DNA of 64,000 nucleotides from Planctomycetaceae bacterium (GCA_002724245.1 PBOG01000271.1:17638-81637); one strand, 5' to 3'. Shown: positions 1 through 10,312, counted from the stretch's first letter. Made by a program: numbers and translations. Notes: generated by a model from the letters alone, not told the origin.

Positions 1-1597
1 TAATCACCTTCCAGGAATTCCCTCGATCATCGCTACGATGAAGTTTCTTGGAACCAAAATACAACCGCGTGTGGGAGTGTGGGCTGATCAAGACAGGTGC
101 GTCCCAATTGAAACGTAGTGCATCTTCACCTGCCGCAGGTTGTGGCCGGATGTCGATGGATGTCCCAGTTCGGCGGTCGTAACGCCTGAGGAAACCCTGT
201 TGAGACTCGCAGTAAATCACATTCGGGTCTTCAGGATCGATCGCACAATCGTGGCCATCACCACCGATCGTTGTCTTCCAGTCACTGTTCCGAATCCCGG
301 CCTGATTCCCGGTACGACTGGGACCATACAGAGTATTATTATCCTGCGTTCCACCCACGATATTGTAGAACGGAAAGTCATTGTCGAGACTTAACTTGTA
401 GAACTGAGTCAACGGCAGGTTGGCGCAATACTGGAACGTCTCGGCAAAATCATACGATCGATAGACGCCGCCGTCGCACCCGACTAACAGAAACTCAGGG
501 TCTCGCGGATGGAATGCAACCGCATGATTGTCCACATGCTTCCAGGGACTTTCTACGGTGGTCCAGGTACGGCCACCATCATCGGTGCGTCCTAATTCAA
601 CATTGGCCTGGTAAACAACATCGAATCGATGCGGATCAACCCATATCTCCTGATAGTAATGTGGGCCAGTCCCGCCACTGACATAGTCACTCCTGCGTGT
701 CCAACTTTCACCACCATCTTGAGACCGCCAAAAGCCGCCCTTACGGCCAGATAATTCAATGCTCGTGTACATTACCTCTGGCCTTTGCGCAGAAACTGCC
801 AGAGCAATCTTTCCAAGATCACCCTGAGGCAAACCTCGATTTAACTGCCGCCAGGTTTGTCCGGCATCGACCGATTTGTAGATTCCTGATTCAGGGCCTC
901 CATCGATCAACGCAGCAACGGTGCGGTGACGCTGATGGGTAACCGCAAAGACGACATCTGGATTCCTCGGGTCCAAAAGAACGTCCGTTACTCCCGTATA
1001 AGGCCCTTTCGCCAGAACCTGTGTCCACGAGTTTCCACCATCGCTCGTTTTGTACAATCCTCGTTGTCCACCAGCAGACCAGAGAGGTCCCTGGGCCGCT
1101 ACATAGACCGTCTGGCTGTCTCGCGGATCAACGACAATCTTGGCAATGTGTTCGGTTTCTTTGAGTTGCATGTGCTGAAACGACTTGCCACCATCCAGAC
1201 TCCTGTAGATTCCATCTCCGTAACCGACGTGCCTGCCAGCGACTGCCTCACCAGTCCCTACCCAGATCGTAAAACGATTGCTCGGATCGATCGTGACACA
1301 GCCAATCGAATAGGATCCCTGATTCTCGAAAATGGGCTCCCACGTCGTCCCAGCGTTTTGCGTTTTCCAGAGATTCCCGGAGCCTGCCGCGACATACCAA
1401 GTATTGGGGCGTTCACGATCAACCGCGATATCAGAGATACGCCCCGACATCAGCGCCGGGCCGATCGACCGCAACCGCAATCCGGCAAATGTCGTGGATT
1501 TCATCCGGTTGATCGATTCCTGCTGGCTGAAGCCTTCGGACACCGACAAAAGCCAACAAACTATGATGACGACGTGCCAAGTAAGAACCCGGTTCAT
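1..1597 (-). CDS. Secreted BNR/Asp-box repeat protein, sortilin/VPS10-like glycosyl-hydrolase-like family (partial; C-terminus lies beyond the left window edge)
   Basis: Absent from the ORF track because it runs off the window. The minus-strand ATG at 1597 gives MNRVLTWHVVIIVCWLLSVSEGFSQQ (signal peptide), then ...FAGLRLRSIGPALMSGRISDIAVDRERPNTWYVAAGSGNLWKTQNAGTTWEPIF. The same frame read at ~600 (ELGRTDDGGRTWTTVESPWKHVDNHAVAFHPRDPEFLLVG) and at ~118 (LRFNWDAPVLISPHSHTRLYFGSKKLHRSDDRGNSWKVI) shows repeated Asp-box-like motifs. The frame read open at the three places translated (~1597, ~600, ~118-2); the stretches between were not checked by eye. Plus-strand ORFs at 140-1619 are low-complexity shadows. 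Confidence 0.75.
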   Translation of the reverse strand, partial: MNRVLTWHVVIIVCWLLSVSEGFSQQESINRMKSTTFAGLRLRSIGPALMSGRISDIAVDRERPNTWYVAAGSGNLWKTQNAGTTWEPIFENQGSYSIGCVTIDPSNRFTIWVGTGEAVAGRHVGYGDGIYRSLDGGKSFQHMQLKETEHIAKIVVDPRDSQTVYVAAQGPLWSAGGQRGLYKTSDGGNSWTQVLAKGPYTGVTDVLLDPRNPDVVFAVTHQRHRTVAALIDGGPESGIYKSVDAGQTWRQLNRGLPQGDLGKIALAVSAQRPEVMYTSIELSGRKGGFWRSQDGGESWTRRSDYVSGGTGPHYYQEIWVDPHRFDVVYQANVELGRTDDGGRTWTTVESPWKHVDNHAVAFHPRDPEFLLVGCDGGVYRSYDFAETFQYCANLPLTQFYKLSLDNDFPFYNIVGGTQDNNTLYGPSRTGNQAGIRNSDWKTTIGGDGHDCAIDPEDPNVIYCESQQGFLRRYDRRTGTSIDIRPQPAAGEDALRFNWDAPVLISPHSHTRLYFGSKKLHRSDDRGNSWKVI

Positions 1598-1832
1598 TGA
1601 CAATTCCCCGATCGAATGAAACCCACGGACAGGAGATCGACGACCCCATCGCTTGAGTCTGATTCGCCCGCGACGTCGCGTCAAATTACGCGTACTCGGT
1701 CAGTGCTGCGGTACAGACTTGAACACATACCCTGGCAAGTACGCGGTGTACCTCCGAGCAAGACACCGTCTCCAGGCTTTTCGACGATCGGATGGCTTGG
1801 GAGGCCTCTAGGAAGTAGAGCCCAGCGCACAG

Positions 1833-2993
1833 CTACAGTTTATTGGCGCGCAGTTGAGAAAGCGGATAGTGATGGTCACGCCAGCGAATACCACCCCGCC
1901 AATAGGTCAGAATGGTATTTCGCACTACGACGTAGACAAACAGCAGAAGTGTCACCGGATACCATAGAACACACCAAAAACGCCCTCCCGCGTCACGGGC
2001 CAACTTTCCCGCCGAGAGCAACAAGATCGCTGCGGTTGCCACATAGAGCCAGCGCGCGATGCCAGCCAGCACCCACATCGCAACAAAGGGCGAGAAAAAC
2101 ACTGCCAGGATCAACACGCAGTTGCCGAGCAGAATGCTCGGCCTGTAATCAACACCAGCCAGCACATTTTTTTCCAGCCCAACCACGACTTCTCGGACTG
2201 TCGCATACCAGGGAACACGAATTTCCGATGACGCCAGCACCAGTTCCTGACGAAATCCCGCGTTCTTGATGAGCTTTCCCAACTTGATGTCATCATCCGG
2301 TCGCATGCGAATCGGCTCGTGGCGCCCAATTTGTTCGTAGACCGATCGACGGACTAAATTAAAGGCACCAATGCCGATGTGAGCAGCACTCTTCGGATCA
2401 GTTGCGCGCCAGGGTACAAAATAGCTCAGGAAGAAAACACTGAACACTGTGGCGAAAGACTCCAGGAGCGTCGTCGGCATACTGAAGGCAGGTAACGCAG
2501 CCAGATGATCGAGCGAATGCGTTTTAGCATATGACACAGTACTCACCAACGCGCGCGGTCGAAACACCACGTCCGCATCCGTGAAGAGCAGGTATTCACC
2601 CGTCGCTACTTCGGCACCGCATTGCATTGCATGGTTCTTGCCCAGCCAATTCTCCGGAAGTGACTCCAAGTGAATCACCACAATGCGTGAATCCTCCAGT
2701 GCCACTCGATCAATAATTTCGCCAGTGCGGTCGGTCGACCGGTCATTGACAACAATCAGCTGGATCGGCGAGTACTGTAGTTCCATCAACGAACGCAACC
2801 CCGCTTCGATGTCGCGTTCTTCGTTCCTGGCAGCGACCACAATGGAAAGTGATGGCAACGCCCCTGCGCATGAGTCAAGGGCCGCCACACGGCGAATCCG
2901 CCGCATGCCAAGCATCAAATGGAGCTGCATTGCTGCCACGATCACCAGATGCAACGATGAAACCCACAGCACTAGATTTTCTGGCAGTGGCAT
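1833..2993 (-). CDS. Family 2 glycosyltransferase, membrane-anchored
   Basis: 386-aa ORF. It has an N-terminal TM segment, a GT2 core (SIVVAARNEERDIE...LIVVNDRSTDRT...LLFTDADV) and C-terminal TM helices. Its start overlaps the upstream stop in TGATG (2991-2995). Confidence 0.85.
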   Translation of the reverse strand: MPLPENLVLWVSSLHLVIVAAMQLHLMLGMRRIRRVAALDSCAGALPSLSIVVAARNEERDIEAGLRSLMELQYSPIQLIVVNDRSTDRTGEIIDRVALEDSRIVVIHLESLPENWLGKNHAMQCGAEVATGEYLLFTDADVVFRPRALVSTVSYAKTHSLDHLAALPAFSMPTTLLESFATVFSVFFLSYFVPWRATDPKSAAHIGIGAFNLVRRSVYEQIGRHEPIRMRPDDDIKLGKLIKNAGFRQELVLASSEIRVPWYATVREVVVGLEKNVLAGVDYRPSILLGNCVLILAVFFSPFVAMWVLAGIARWLYVATAAILLLSAGKLARDAGGRFWCVLWYPVTLLLFVYVVVRNTILTYWRGGIRWRDHHYPLSQLRANKL

Positions 2994-3976
2994 CAGCTTA
3001 ATCCAAGCACGCGTCGTGCATTGCCACGGTAGATTTTTTCGGTGACGTCAGCGGGCAGATCCAGCATTCGTTCAAACAGCTCGAATTGGGGAATGGGTTG
3101 TTTGGGGGTCAGGTAATCGGTTCCAAACATAATGCGATCCTGCCGACGCAGCAAAAACTCGTGACCAAATTCAAGCCCACGGCTGATCGAATTCGCGCCA
3201 CTTCCAGCAGATAAGTCCCCATACAAGTTGTCGTATTTTTCCATCAGACGATCAATCGCGCCACCAGGCGTGGGTGCCCCCTTTGGATAACCGGCCATTT
3301 CAGCGCGGGTGACATTCCCTGAAATCGAAGCCCACCAACCAGGACCATGTCCAATAAAAGTGCAATCCGGATGGTCTTGTAACGCTTTTTCCAAACCGGG
3401 CAGACCGGGCAGATCAGTATTGCGCTGATTATCAAGATGAAAAAGAAGTGGCAAACCTACTTCTGCGCACGCTGCGTAAACCCGCATGTTGGTCGGGGCG
3501 TCGACCGCGATGCCCGGCTTGTGTTCTCCAAACCCTTTGGCACCCGCGTCCTGGTAACGTTTAAGCATGGCAACCAGGCCAGCGAGCCCCCCTCGATACG
3601 ACGTTCGCGGGTCGACCGAGCAAAATGGTATTAAACGGTCGCGATGCGCTCGAGTCTCCGTGAGTACAAAGTCACTCGTCAACGGATAACTGGATGCTTC
3701 AGGAGAAACCAGAGGCAAAACGACAGCCTGCTCAATGTGCACAGAGTCCATCCACCGCAGCAAGACTTCGGCCGATAGATGCTCAGTACTGTTCCAGGTT
3801 TGTCCAAGATGGGTATGCATATCAACGTAGGGACCACGCTTGCCAGACGCAGTGGACCCGTTCAAGCCACCCCGCACCACACCGCAGCCTGCAGCAAGAC
3901 ACCCAACATGCGCCACCACCCGGGAATGAAATTGGCGTCGATTCACCACTGCCGGTCTGCCTCTTGACTCAGTCAT
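2993..3976 (-). CDS. Amidohydrolase-family metal-dependent hydrolase with a Tat-like leader
   Basis: 327-aa ORF. It has an NRRQF Tat-like motif near the N-terminus, a DMHTHLG metal-binding motif, and a TIM-barrel amidohydrolase_2-like C-terminal part (FGTDY). Confidence 0.8.
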   Translation of the reverse strand: MTESRGRPAVVNRRQFHSRVVAHVGCLAAGCGVVRGGLNGSTASGKRGPYVDMHTHLGQTWNSTEHLSAEVLLRWMDSVHIEQAVVLPLVSPEASSYPLTSDFVLTETRAHRDRLIPFCSVDPRTSYRGGLAGLVAMLKRYQDAGAKGFGEHKPGIAVDAPTNMRVYAACAEVGLPLLFHLDNQRNTDLPGLPGLEKALQDHPDCTFIGHGPGWWASISGNVTRAEMAGYPKGAPTPGGAIDRLMEKYDNLYGDLSAGSGANSISRGLEFGHEFLLRRQDRIMFGTDYLTPKQPIPQFELFERMLDLPADVTEKIYRGNARRVLGLS

Positions 3977-4038
3977 GTCAGTTACCCTGCAATACCTGCA
4001 ACAAAGCGTAGGCTTACGTGACGCCGTACCCCACTCGA

Positions 4039-4713
4039 TTAGTCGCGTTTTTTCTTTTCTTTCTTCGAGCGTGACCGGCGTTTCCGTTTCCGTTCATAAC
4101 GAATCGTACAGCCGATCGATACCGTCTCTTTTGTTTTGGGAAGTCTACCATCCAGCGCTGCAACAACTGCGAGTTCGAGGTAATTCACCTTGGCTTTCGA
4201 TGCAGTCGGATTGTCATCCATACCGCCCATGTAGATTACCTGGCGTTTCTTGTTCAACACAAAAAACTCCGGCGTGTACCCGGCTCCGTAGTCTCTGGCA
4301 ATCTTCTGACTCGCATCAAACAGATACGGGAATGTAAACCCTTTCTTCTCGGCTCGTCGTTTCATCTCAGGGAGGCTATCCGCCGGTATCTTGTTCACGT
4401 TGACAGCCACCATACCTACGCGTTTGCCGGCTCCCGTGTGATTCCGGGCAAATGCCACCAGTCGATCTTCATAATCAACCGCGTAATCACAGCTGTTGCA
4501 CGTGAACACGATGACCAGGACATCAAATTTCTTGAAGCTGTCCAATGAATATTTTTTGCCGTCAATCCCAGGCAGAGATTTCCACTGTGGTCCGGGATCA
4601 GAGATTTTCAGTACCGGGTTATATTTGCCGGCAAGAATTGGTCCGCAGGTCAGCAGCCACATCGCGCCAACTGACAAACCGAACCCGCGAAAACTAAATT
4701 TCAGCCCAGTCAT
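4039..4713 (-). CDS. Thioredoxin-fold (TlpA/redoxin-like) protein with a polybasic C-terminal tail
   Basis: 224-aa ORF with a signal/anchor segment. It has a CNSC (CxxC) motif in VLVIVFTCNSCDYA and a redoxin-like body. The C-terminus is RKRKRRSRSKKEKKKRD. Confidence 0.75.
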   Translation of the reverse strand: MTGLKFSFRGFGLSVGAMWLLTCGPILAGKYNPVLKISDPGPQWKSLPGIDGKKYSLDSFKKFDVLVIVFTCNSCDYAVDYEDRLVAFARNHTGAGKRVGMVAVNVNKIPADSLPEMKRRAEKKGFTFPYLFDASQKIARDYGAGYTPEFFVLNKKRQVIYMGGMDDNPTASKAKVNYLELAVVAALDGRLPKTKETVSIGCTIRYERKRKRRSRSKKEKKKRD

Positions 4714-4996
4714 GCAGTTACTCCCTGTCCACCGTTAACGAATCTTCGATTTGCGGCATCCCGCTGTCCGCCTCAAAATCTCCACGCATGTCACTCACAA
4801 AAAGCCCACCAGCCCAGACGTCCCTGGCAGACGCCCACCGCCTCTGAATGCGTCGGCCTGAGAGCGCCCCTGAAACGCAGTGAGGATCTACATTGTCCCA
4901 GAACTACGGCCCAGTAAAAGGCACCTCACAGCAATGCATGACGTCACGCTGGATCCCACTCAGACCGACTGCATAATATCCCAATCGGCAGCTGAT

Positions 4997-6100
4997 TCAA
5001 TCAAAAACCACAACGGTTTTTACTCCCTGGGGCTCTCGATTCTGATAGTGCCAAAGTGACTCATCCACCGAAACCTGGCGTGTTACAAGCTGGCGAATGG
5101 CGGAACCGTATCGCGGCCGCTGTGAAACCAGATGCTCCAGTGCGCGTCCCATGTCGACCGGAGCGTTGTTTACGGTGCCCAGATAAACATGATTGCGGAG
5201 GATACCGGCGCGCATGATTTCGGCCACATTGTGCTGGCACGGTTGAGGTAATCGCGTACTGCCTTCCCACACCAGAATACCGCATGACGCCAGCGTGCCG
5301 GCTGCCTGCATCATCACAACATCGTTGCCGGTACATTCCAGAATGAGATCAAACCCATCCTCTTCGACATCCGCCAGCGCCCAGTCGTATACCCCTTCAT
5401 GTACATAGTCACAATCAAAACTGGTAACGAGTCCGGCCCGAAAACTATCCGGATCATCGCGGCCATACATCGTGACAGGCCAGCCACGCGCGCGACAGAC
5501 AATCGCAGCCGCAAACGCAATCGGACCCAAACCAGTCACCAAGACTCGCGGAGCCTGCCGCTGCCATTCATCACCGAGACGAGCATTCTGAATTTGTTCT
5601 GCTTCACGCACCGCCTTTTCCGAAACCGAAATCGGCTCAGCCAGAACCGCAGTGTCTTTGATTTCGGGCGAAACAGGGAACAAGAATTCAGGTCGATCGA
5701 TCCACGCAGGCAAGGAAAACCCATGCTCTGCGACGATGCCACGCTCAACGTAATTGCCCCACGGCACCATATCGACACGACGACGAATCTGATCAGAACT
5801 CTCGTTATCCTGTTGTCGAGGACGTCTGACTGCTGGAACAACCAGGTCTCCCGGTTCACAATCGGTGACCTCCGGCCCGACTTGCTCAACGCGTGCCAAA
5901 CATTCATGGCCCAAGACCAAAAAGCCACTGCCAACCGGACAGGCAGGTGAAGTCGACTCAAGGATATCTCGATCGGTACCACAGATACCAAGCAGCAAAG
6001 TTTTACAGCGGACTTCGCCGGGTCCAGGGGGCTCCACTGGCGGGGGTGCGATCAACTTGGGAACCGCTGCCCCAGTGAACGCGGCTACAGAACTGGTCAT
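4997..6100 (-). CDS. Zn-dependent medium-chain dehydrogenase, archaeal-type glucose 1-dehydrogenase-like
   Basis: The ORF extends to 6202, but the ATG at 6100 (MTSSVAAF...) is the likely start. The motifs GICGTDRDI and FLVLGHE match the GICGTDRE / LGHE signature of the glucose dehydrogenase branch of the MDR family. Confidence 0.75.
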   Translation of the reverse strand: MTSSVAAFTGAAVPKLIAPPPVEPPGPGEVRCKTLLLGICGTDRDILESTSPACPVGSGFLVLGHECLARVEQVGPEVTDCEPGDLVVPAVRRPRQQDNESSDQIRRRVDMVPWGNYVERGIVAEHGFSLPAWIDRPEFLFPVSPEIKDTAVLAEPISVSEKAVREAEQIQNARLGDEWQRQAPRVLVTGLGPIAFAAAIVCRARGWPVTMYGRDDPDSFRAGLVTSFDCDYVHEGVYDWALADVEEDGFDLILECTGNDVVMMQAAGTLASCGILVWEGSTRLPQPCQHNVAEIMRAGILRNHVYLGTVNNAPVDMGRALEHLVSQRPRYGSAIRQLVTRQVSVDESLWHYQNREPQGVKTVVVFD

Positions 6101-6369
6101 CACAAATATCCCTCGTAAACAAAATTTCTCGCAGCGCGAAAACGCCGTCTTGGCTTGAAACCGCATCGTAGTCAGCGCCGAGAATACGGAAAAGGGGCAC
6201 ACGCCGACGCCGCCAGGTACCCGGCCGCGATACTACCAGCGGTCAGCAGGCAGAATCTGCGCAGCCAGGTATCGGCAAACCGGTTACTCTTCCGTCCAGT
6301 CTTAGGAAATGAATGAGACCACAAACGCAATCGGAATCCGTAACTTTTCCGCATACTTGAGCGAGTCCT

Positions 6370-7356
6370 ATGATCCTGGCGGGCGATATCGGCGGCACTA
6401 ATGCGCGACTGGGCTTGTTCACATCCCGGGGAGGCGCGCTGTCGGCGGTGGCTACCCATCAATATGCAACCCAGGACTTTGAAAGCCTGGAAAAGATCGT
6501 CACTTGTTTCGTGCACACATACGGACACGAAATCAGTTGCGCCTGCTTCGGCGTAGCCGGCCCCGTCATCGCCGGTCGCAGCCAAGGAGTCAACATGGCC
6601 TGGCCTGTTGACCAGGATGCACTGGCTCAAACGCTTTCTGGTATCCCCGTCACCTTGATCAATGATCTCGTGGCAAACGCGAATGGTTTAACTCAGCTCG
6701 TCGCTCAGGATTACAGAACAATTCACGCAGGAAAAATAAATCCTCAAGGAAACATCGCAATTCTGGCAGCAGGAACCGGCTTGGGAATTGCCAGCGTCAA
6801 CCGATCAGACGGAGAAGACCGAATCTCACCGTCCGAGGGTGGACACAGCGACTTTTCACCACAAAGCGATGATGACATCGCCCTGCTACGTTTTCTGCGG
6901 AAACAGTTCAGTCACGTTAGCTGGGAACGCGTTGTTTCCGGAAGCGGCTTGTGTAACCTTTATGAATTCTTACGTACTCGAGAGCCGGATCGGGAACCGC
7001 CTTGGCTGCGTGATGCACTCGCTGAGGGAGATCGAGCCGCGTGCATCGCCAAACATGGACAAGACGGCAGCTCAGAATTGTGCCGTCTGGCACTCCTGCG
7101 ATTTGCCCACTACTACGGTTCCCTGGCGGGCAATCTAGCTCTGCAGTTGTACACGACAGGTGGCATCTGGCTCGGGGGCGGTATCCCCTCAAAATTGTCC
7201 ACCATCCTGACAGAACCGACGTTCCTCGACGCATTTCTGAGCAAGGGGCGGATTCAATATCTCTTGGAAGCTATTCCGGTTCATGTCGTATTGAACGACC
7301 GCACCGCGCTGCTGGGAGCAGCACAGTGGGCAGCAGCAAGCACGAGTGCGACTTGA
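6370..7356 (+). CDS. glk: Glucokinase
   Basis: 328-aa ORF. The N-terminal MILAGDIGGTNARLGLF is the ROK-less glucokinase ATP-binding signature. Length is typical. Confidence 0.9.
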   Translation: MILAGDIGGTNARLGLFTSRGGALSAVATHQYATQDFESLEKIVTCFVHTYGHEISCACFGVAGPVIAGRSQGVNMAWPVDQDALAQTLSGIPVTLINDLVANANGLTQLVAQDYRTIHAGKINPQGNIAILAAGTGLGIASVNRSDGEDRISPSEGGHSDFSPQSDDDIALLRFLRKQFSHVSWERVVSGSGLCNLYEFLRTREPDREPPWLRDALAEGDRAACIAKHGQDGSSELCRLALLRFAHYYGSLAGNLALQLYTTGGIWLGGGIPSKLSTILTEPTFLDAFLSKGRIQYLLEAIPVHVVLNDRTALLGAAQWAAASTSAT

Positions 7357-7402
7357 TCGGCTACTCCACAGCCAGTCTGACTTCGTAAAACTCAAGCCAG
7401 CT

Positions 7403-8251
7403 TCAGCTGCCTGCAGGTCCGCTCCAACGTTGGCCACAAGCCAACACCCTGTAGGGTTGCTTGAGGCCTTCCGCCGCAGCCACAAATTGTTCGGTGTTCA
7501 CCGTATTGAACTCGAACATTTCAAAATGACAGGGAATCACCAGCCCAGCACCAATATCGCAAGCCAGTTCTGCCGCTTCAGCGCCCCAGAGATTACCGGC
7601 AACCCGGCGTGCTGGCAGGCGTCCATTGATTGGCAGCAGTGCCACAGTGACTACCCAAGGTCGTAACTGCTCGACAAGCCCCTCGTAGAGCACCGTATCG
7701 CCGCTGTGATAGAGCGACCATTCACCGAAACGGACGACGTAGCCCAGATACGGGTAACGTCCCGCCGCATCCCGGTCCAGTTGCTCATGAGCGGCTGGAA
7801 CACCGAGAAATTCAAAACCGGCAATTTCCCGAGATTCACCAGCATCCAGTGTGGTCAATCGCGTTTCCGGACACTCTAACCGAGCAGCGGCAAACTCCCG
7901 ATTCGCAGCGGGAACCAGAACGGACATCTGTGGGTTCACCTGCATCAATGGCAACAGAGTCTCCGCATCTAAATGATCTGTGTGGTTGTGGCTGGAAGTC
8001 ACCACATCGATGAAATTTAATTGCTGCGGATCAATCACTTGTTCGGTCATGCGCACATGTGGTTTGTCGGTTTCAGCATATTTCAGTGTCAACGAATCAG
8101 ACAAATAAGGGTCCATCAGCAAATGACGCCCCTGCCACTGCAGCAGAAACCCGCTTTGCCCCAGCCACCAAAGGTGAAACCTGCGTCTGTCCAGACGCGC
8201 GGCCTCAATGTCCGCGAGCAACCGCTCACCCGATAATCGAGGAATAATCAT
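7403..8251 (-). CDS. MBL-fold metallo-hydrolase
   Basis: The ORF runs to 8467, but the homologous body starts at ATG 8251 (MIIPRLSGERL...). It carries the HNHTDHLD (HxHxDH) motif and downstream His/Asp ligands. Confidence 0.8.
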   Translation of the reverse strand: MIIPRLSGERLLADIEAARLDRRRFHLWWLGQSGFLLQWQGRHLLMDPYLSDSLTLKYAETDKPHVRMTEQVIDPQQLNFIDVVTSSHNHTDHLDAETLLPLMQVNPQMSVLVPAANREFAAARLECPETRLTTLDAGESREIAGFEFLGVPAAHEQLDRDAAGRYPYLGYVVRFGEWSLYHSGDTVLYEGLVEQLRPWVVTVALLPINGRLPARRVAGNLWGAEAAELACDIGAGLVIPCHFEMFEFNTVNTEQFVAAAEGLKQPYRVLACGQRWSGPAGS

Positions 8252-8493
8252 GAGCCATCTCCAGACGCCGTCCCGCAGTACGTCAAACGCTCTTTTTACA
8301 CAACCTGAAGACTCGAAGCTTCTATTATGGCCGCAGTCAACAGGGCCACACGACCCCCAGTAAAGACGGCTGCGAACACCAACACTTGACAGCAGAATTC
8401 GGACGGTGGATTCCCAGTCGCATCGCGTTCGATTAAGATGCCGCCCGACAACCACGCAGTCCAACATGGAAATCCACTAAGGACGCTCCACGC

Positions 8494-9696
8494 GTGCAAT
8501 ACGAGACCATAACTTCCGCAGCCGCACTCAAAGATTTCTGTGCGGCGTTACGAACAGCAAACGTCATTGCGTTCGATACCGAGTTTGTCTCGGAAGATAC
8601 TTTTCGCCCCCAACTCTGTCTAATCCAAGTCGCGATCTCCGATCGACTTGCCATCATTGATCCACTGGAAATCGAAGATGTAAGTCCTTTCTGGAAAGCC
8701 CTCACAGAAGGGCAACACATCACAGTCGCACATGCCGCCCGCGAAGAATTTCTCTTCTGCTGGAGGTCTATGGAACAGCGACCCTCGAAGCTAATGGACA
8801 CTCAAATCGCAGCTGGCTTGATTGGAATGGAATATCCAGCGTCGTACAGTGGCCTGCTGTCCAAGTTACTCGGTGTTCAACTCGCCAAAGGTGAAACTCG
8901 TACCGACTGGCGCCGCCGCCCGCTATCGTCCCGACAGCTCGACTATGCGCGTCATGATGTTCTCCATTTGCAAGACCTCGCTGATCGGCTGCAAGAACGC
9001 CTGACACAACTAGGACGCGCATCCTGGCTCACCGCGGAAATGGAAAGCTGGCAAACCCGCCTGGAGGAATTTGAACAAGGGGAACAGTGGCATCGAGTCT
9101 CCGGTTCAGCAAACCTCCGACCGCGTTCGCTGGCCATTGTCCGTGAGTTGTGGCGTTGGCGCCGCAGTGAGGCTGAACAGCGGAACCAGCCAGCCAAACG
9201 TATCTTGCGGGACGATCTGATCGTTGAACTGGCTCGCCAGCAAACCGCGGATTTACAGCGCATTCGCGCCGTCCGCGGAATGAATTTCCGTGGCGCACAA
9301 AAGCATCAAGAGGCCATCGCCCAGGCGATTCAACAGGCTCTGGACATACCAGAAAGCGAGTGTCCCAAACGCCCATCGCGGCGATCATCGCGCTCTCACC
9401 TGACGCTATTGACACAATTTCTTTCTACAGCCCTGGGGAGTATTTGCCGCCAATCACAAGTCGCCCCCAGCCTGGTCGGCAACTCGCAGGATATTCAAGA
9501 ACTAGTCAAGTTTCACTTGGATTCGAAGCGTGCCTCAGCTGACCTGCCGGCACTGGCTACGGGATGGCGAGCGGAGATTGTCGGGCAGGCTATTAACGAT
9601 TTGCTGACCGGAAAATATGCGTTACGGATCAAAGATCCACATAGTGACCATCCACTGGTCCTGGAAACTGCTTCCGGCAACACCTCCACCAGCTGA
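8494..9696 (+). CDS. rnd: Ribonuclease D (DEDD 3'-5' exonuclease plus HRDC)
   Basis: 400-aa ORF with a GTG start. It has the AFDTEFV ExoI motif, the YARHDVLHL ExoIII motif, and an HRDC-like middle region. Confidence 0.85.
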   Translation: MQYETITSAAALKDFCAALRTANVIAFDTEFVSEDTFRPQLCLIQVAISDRLAIIDPLEIEDVSPFWKALTEGQHITVAHAAREEFLFCWRSMEQRPSKLMDTQIAAGLIGMEYPASYSGLLSKLLGVQLAKGETRTDWRRRPLSSRQLDYARHDVLHLQDLADRLQERLTQLGRASWLTAEMESWQTRLEEFEQGEQWHRVSGSANLRPRSLAIVRELWRWRRSEAEQRNQPAKRILRDDLIVELARQQTADLQRIRAVRGMNFRGAQKHQEAIAQAIQQALDIPESECPKRPSRRSSRSHLTLLTQFLSTALGSICRQSQVAPSLVGNSQDIQELVKFHLDSKRASADLPALATGWRAEIVGQAINDLLTGKYALRIKDPHSDHPLVLETASGNTSTS

Positions 9697-9877
9697 GGCG
9701 ATGTCCGCCAGCTAACGCGCACAAAAGCACAGCCAGAAATCCACCGGAACGCAAGAACCTTTGACAGCGGCTTCTGCGTCACCCGCGCATGACAACACGT
9801 CGCGGGGCCAGCACGACGTCCACAGAAATCCGATCAGACGCCGACCGAAAGGGAAATTCAAATCCAACGACAATCGC

Positions 9878-10312
9878 TCACGCACGTGGCTCTTGAGCCG
9901 CCATCTGCTCCGCGATCCACGCCTCCAGTTCATCCCAATCAACAGGAGGCAATTTCGACAAGTCTGGGCGCAAACGGACAGCATCCCGGATGTAAACGTG
10001 GTCAATTTCGTCCTGTTGTTTTTCGGTATTCCAATGGACTAGAACGCGAATACAACGTTGTAACGCATTGGGGACGTCGATCTCGTTGGTACACAACAAG
10101 GGCACTTCTAGCCAACCCATTTGACGTGCAGCGAGCGCCGGAAACTCTCGATTCAAATCGTGCGTCGATGAAAATGTTGCGCTGGCAACATCCTCTTTGC
10201 GAATATCATTTCGCCGAATCATCAACGCCAACAACTGCCGCGCCGCCGCAAGAATCTCGTCACGTGAGTTCGACTCAACGGTCGTTGCTCCACGGACTCC
10301 ACGGCAAGCCAT
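9878..10312 (-). CDS. aroH: Chorismate mutase, AroH class, with a ~25-aa C-terminal extension
   Basis: 144-aa [24 protein letters not shown]...FSSTHDLN...VLVHWNT is the AroH-type signature. Confidence 0.85.
   Translation of the reverse strand: MACRGVRGATTVESNSRDEILAAARQLLALMIRRNDIRKEDVASATFSSTHDLNREFPALAARQMGWLEVPLLCTNEIDVPNALQRCIRVLVHWNTEKQQDEIDHVYIRDAVRLRPDLSKLPPVDWDELEAWIAEQMAAQEPRA

Noticed and set aside
926-1619. 224-aa and 95-aa plus-strand ORFs at the left edge
   Set aside because: The minus strand carries a coherent BNR-repeat protein with a signal peptide through this whole interval. The plus-strand products are Arg/Pro-rich shadows.
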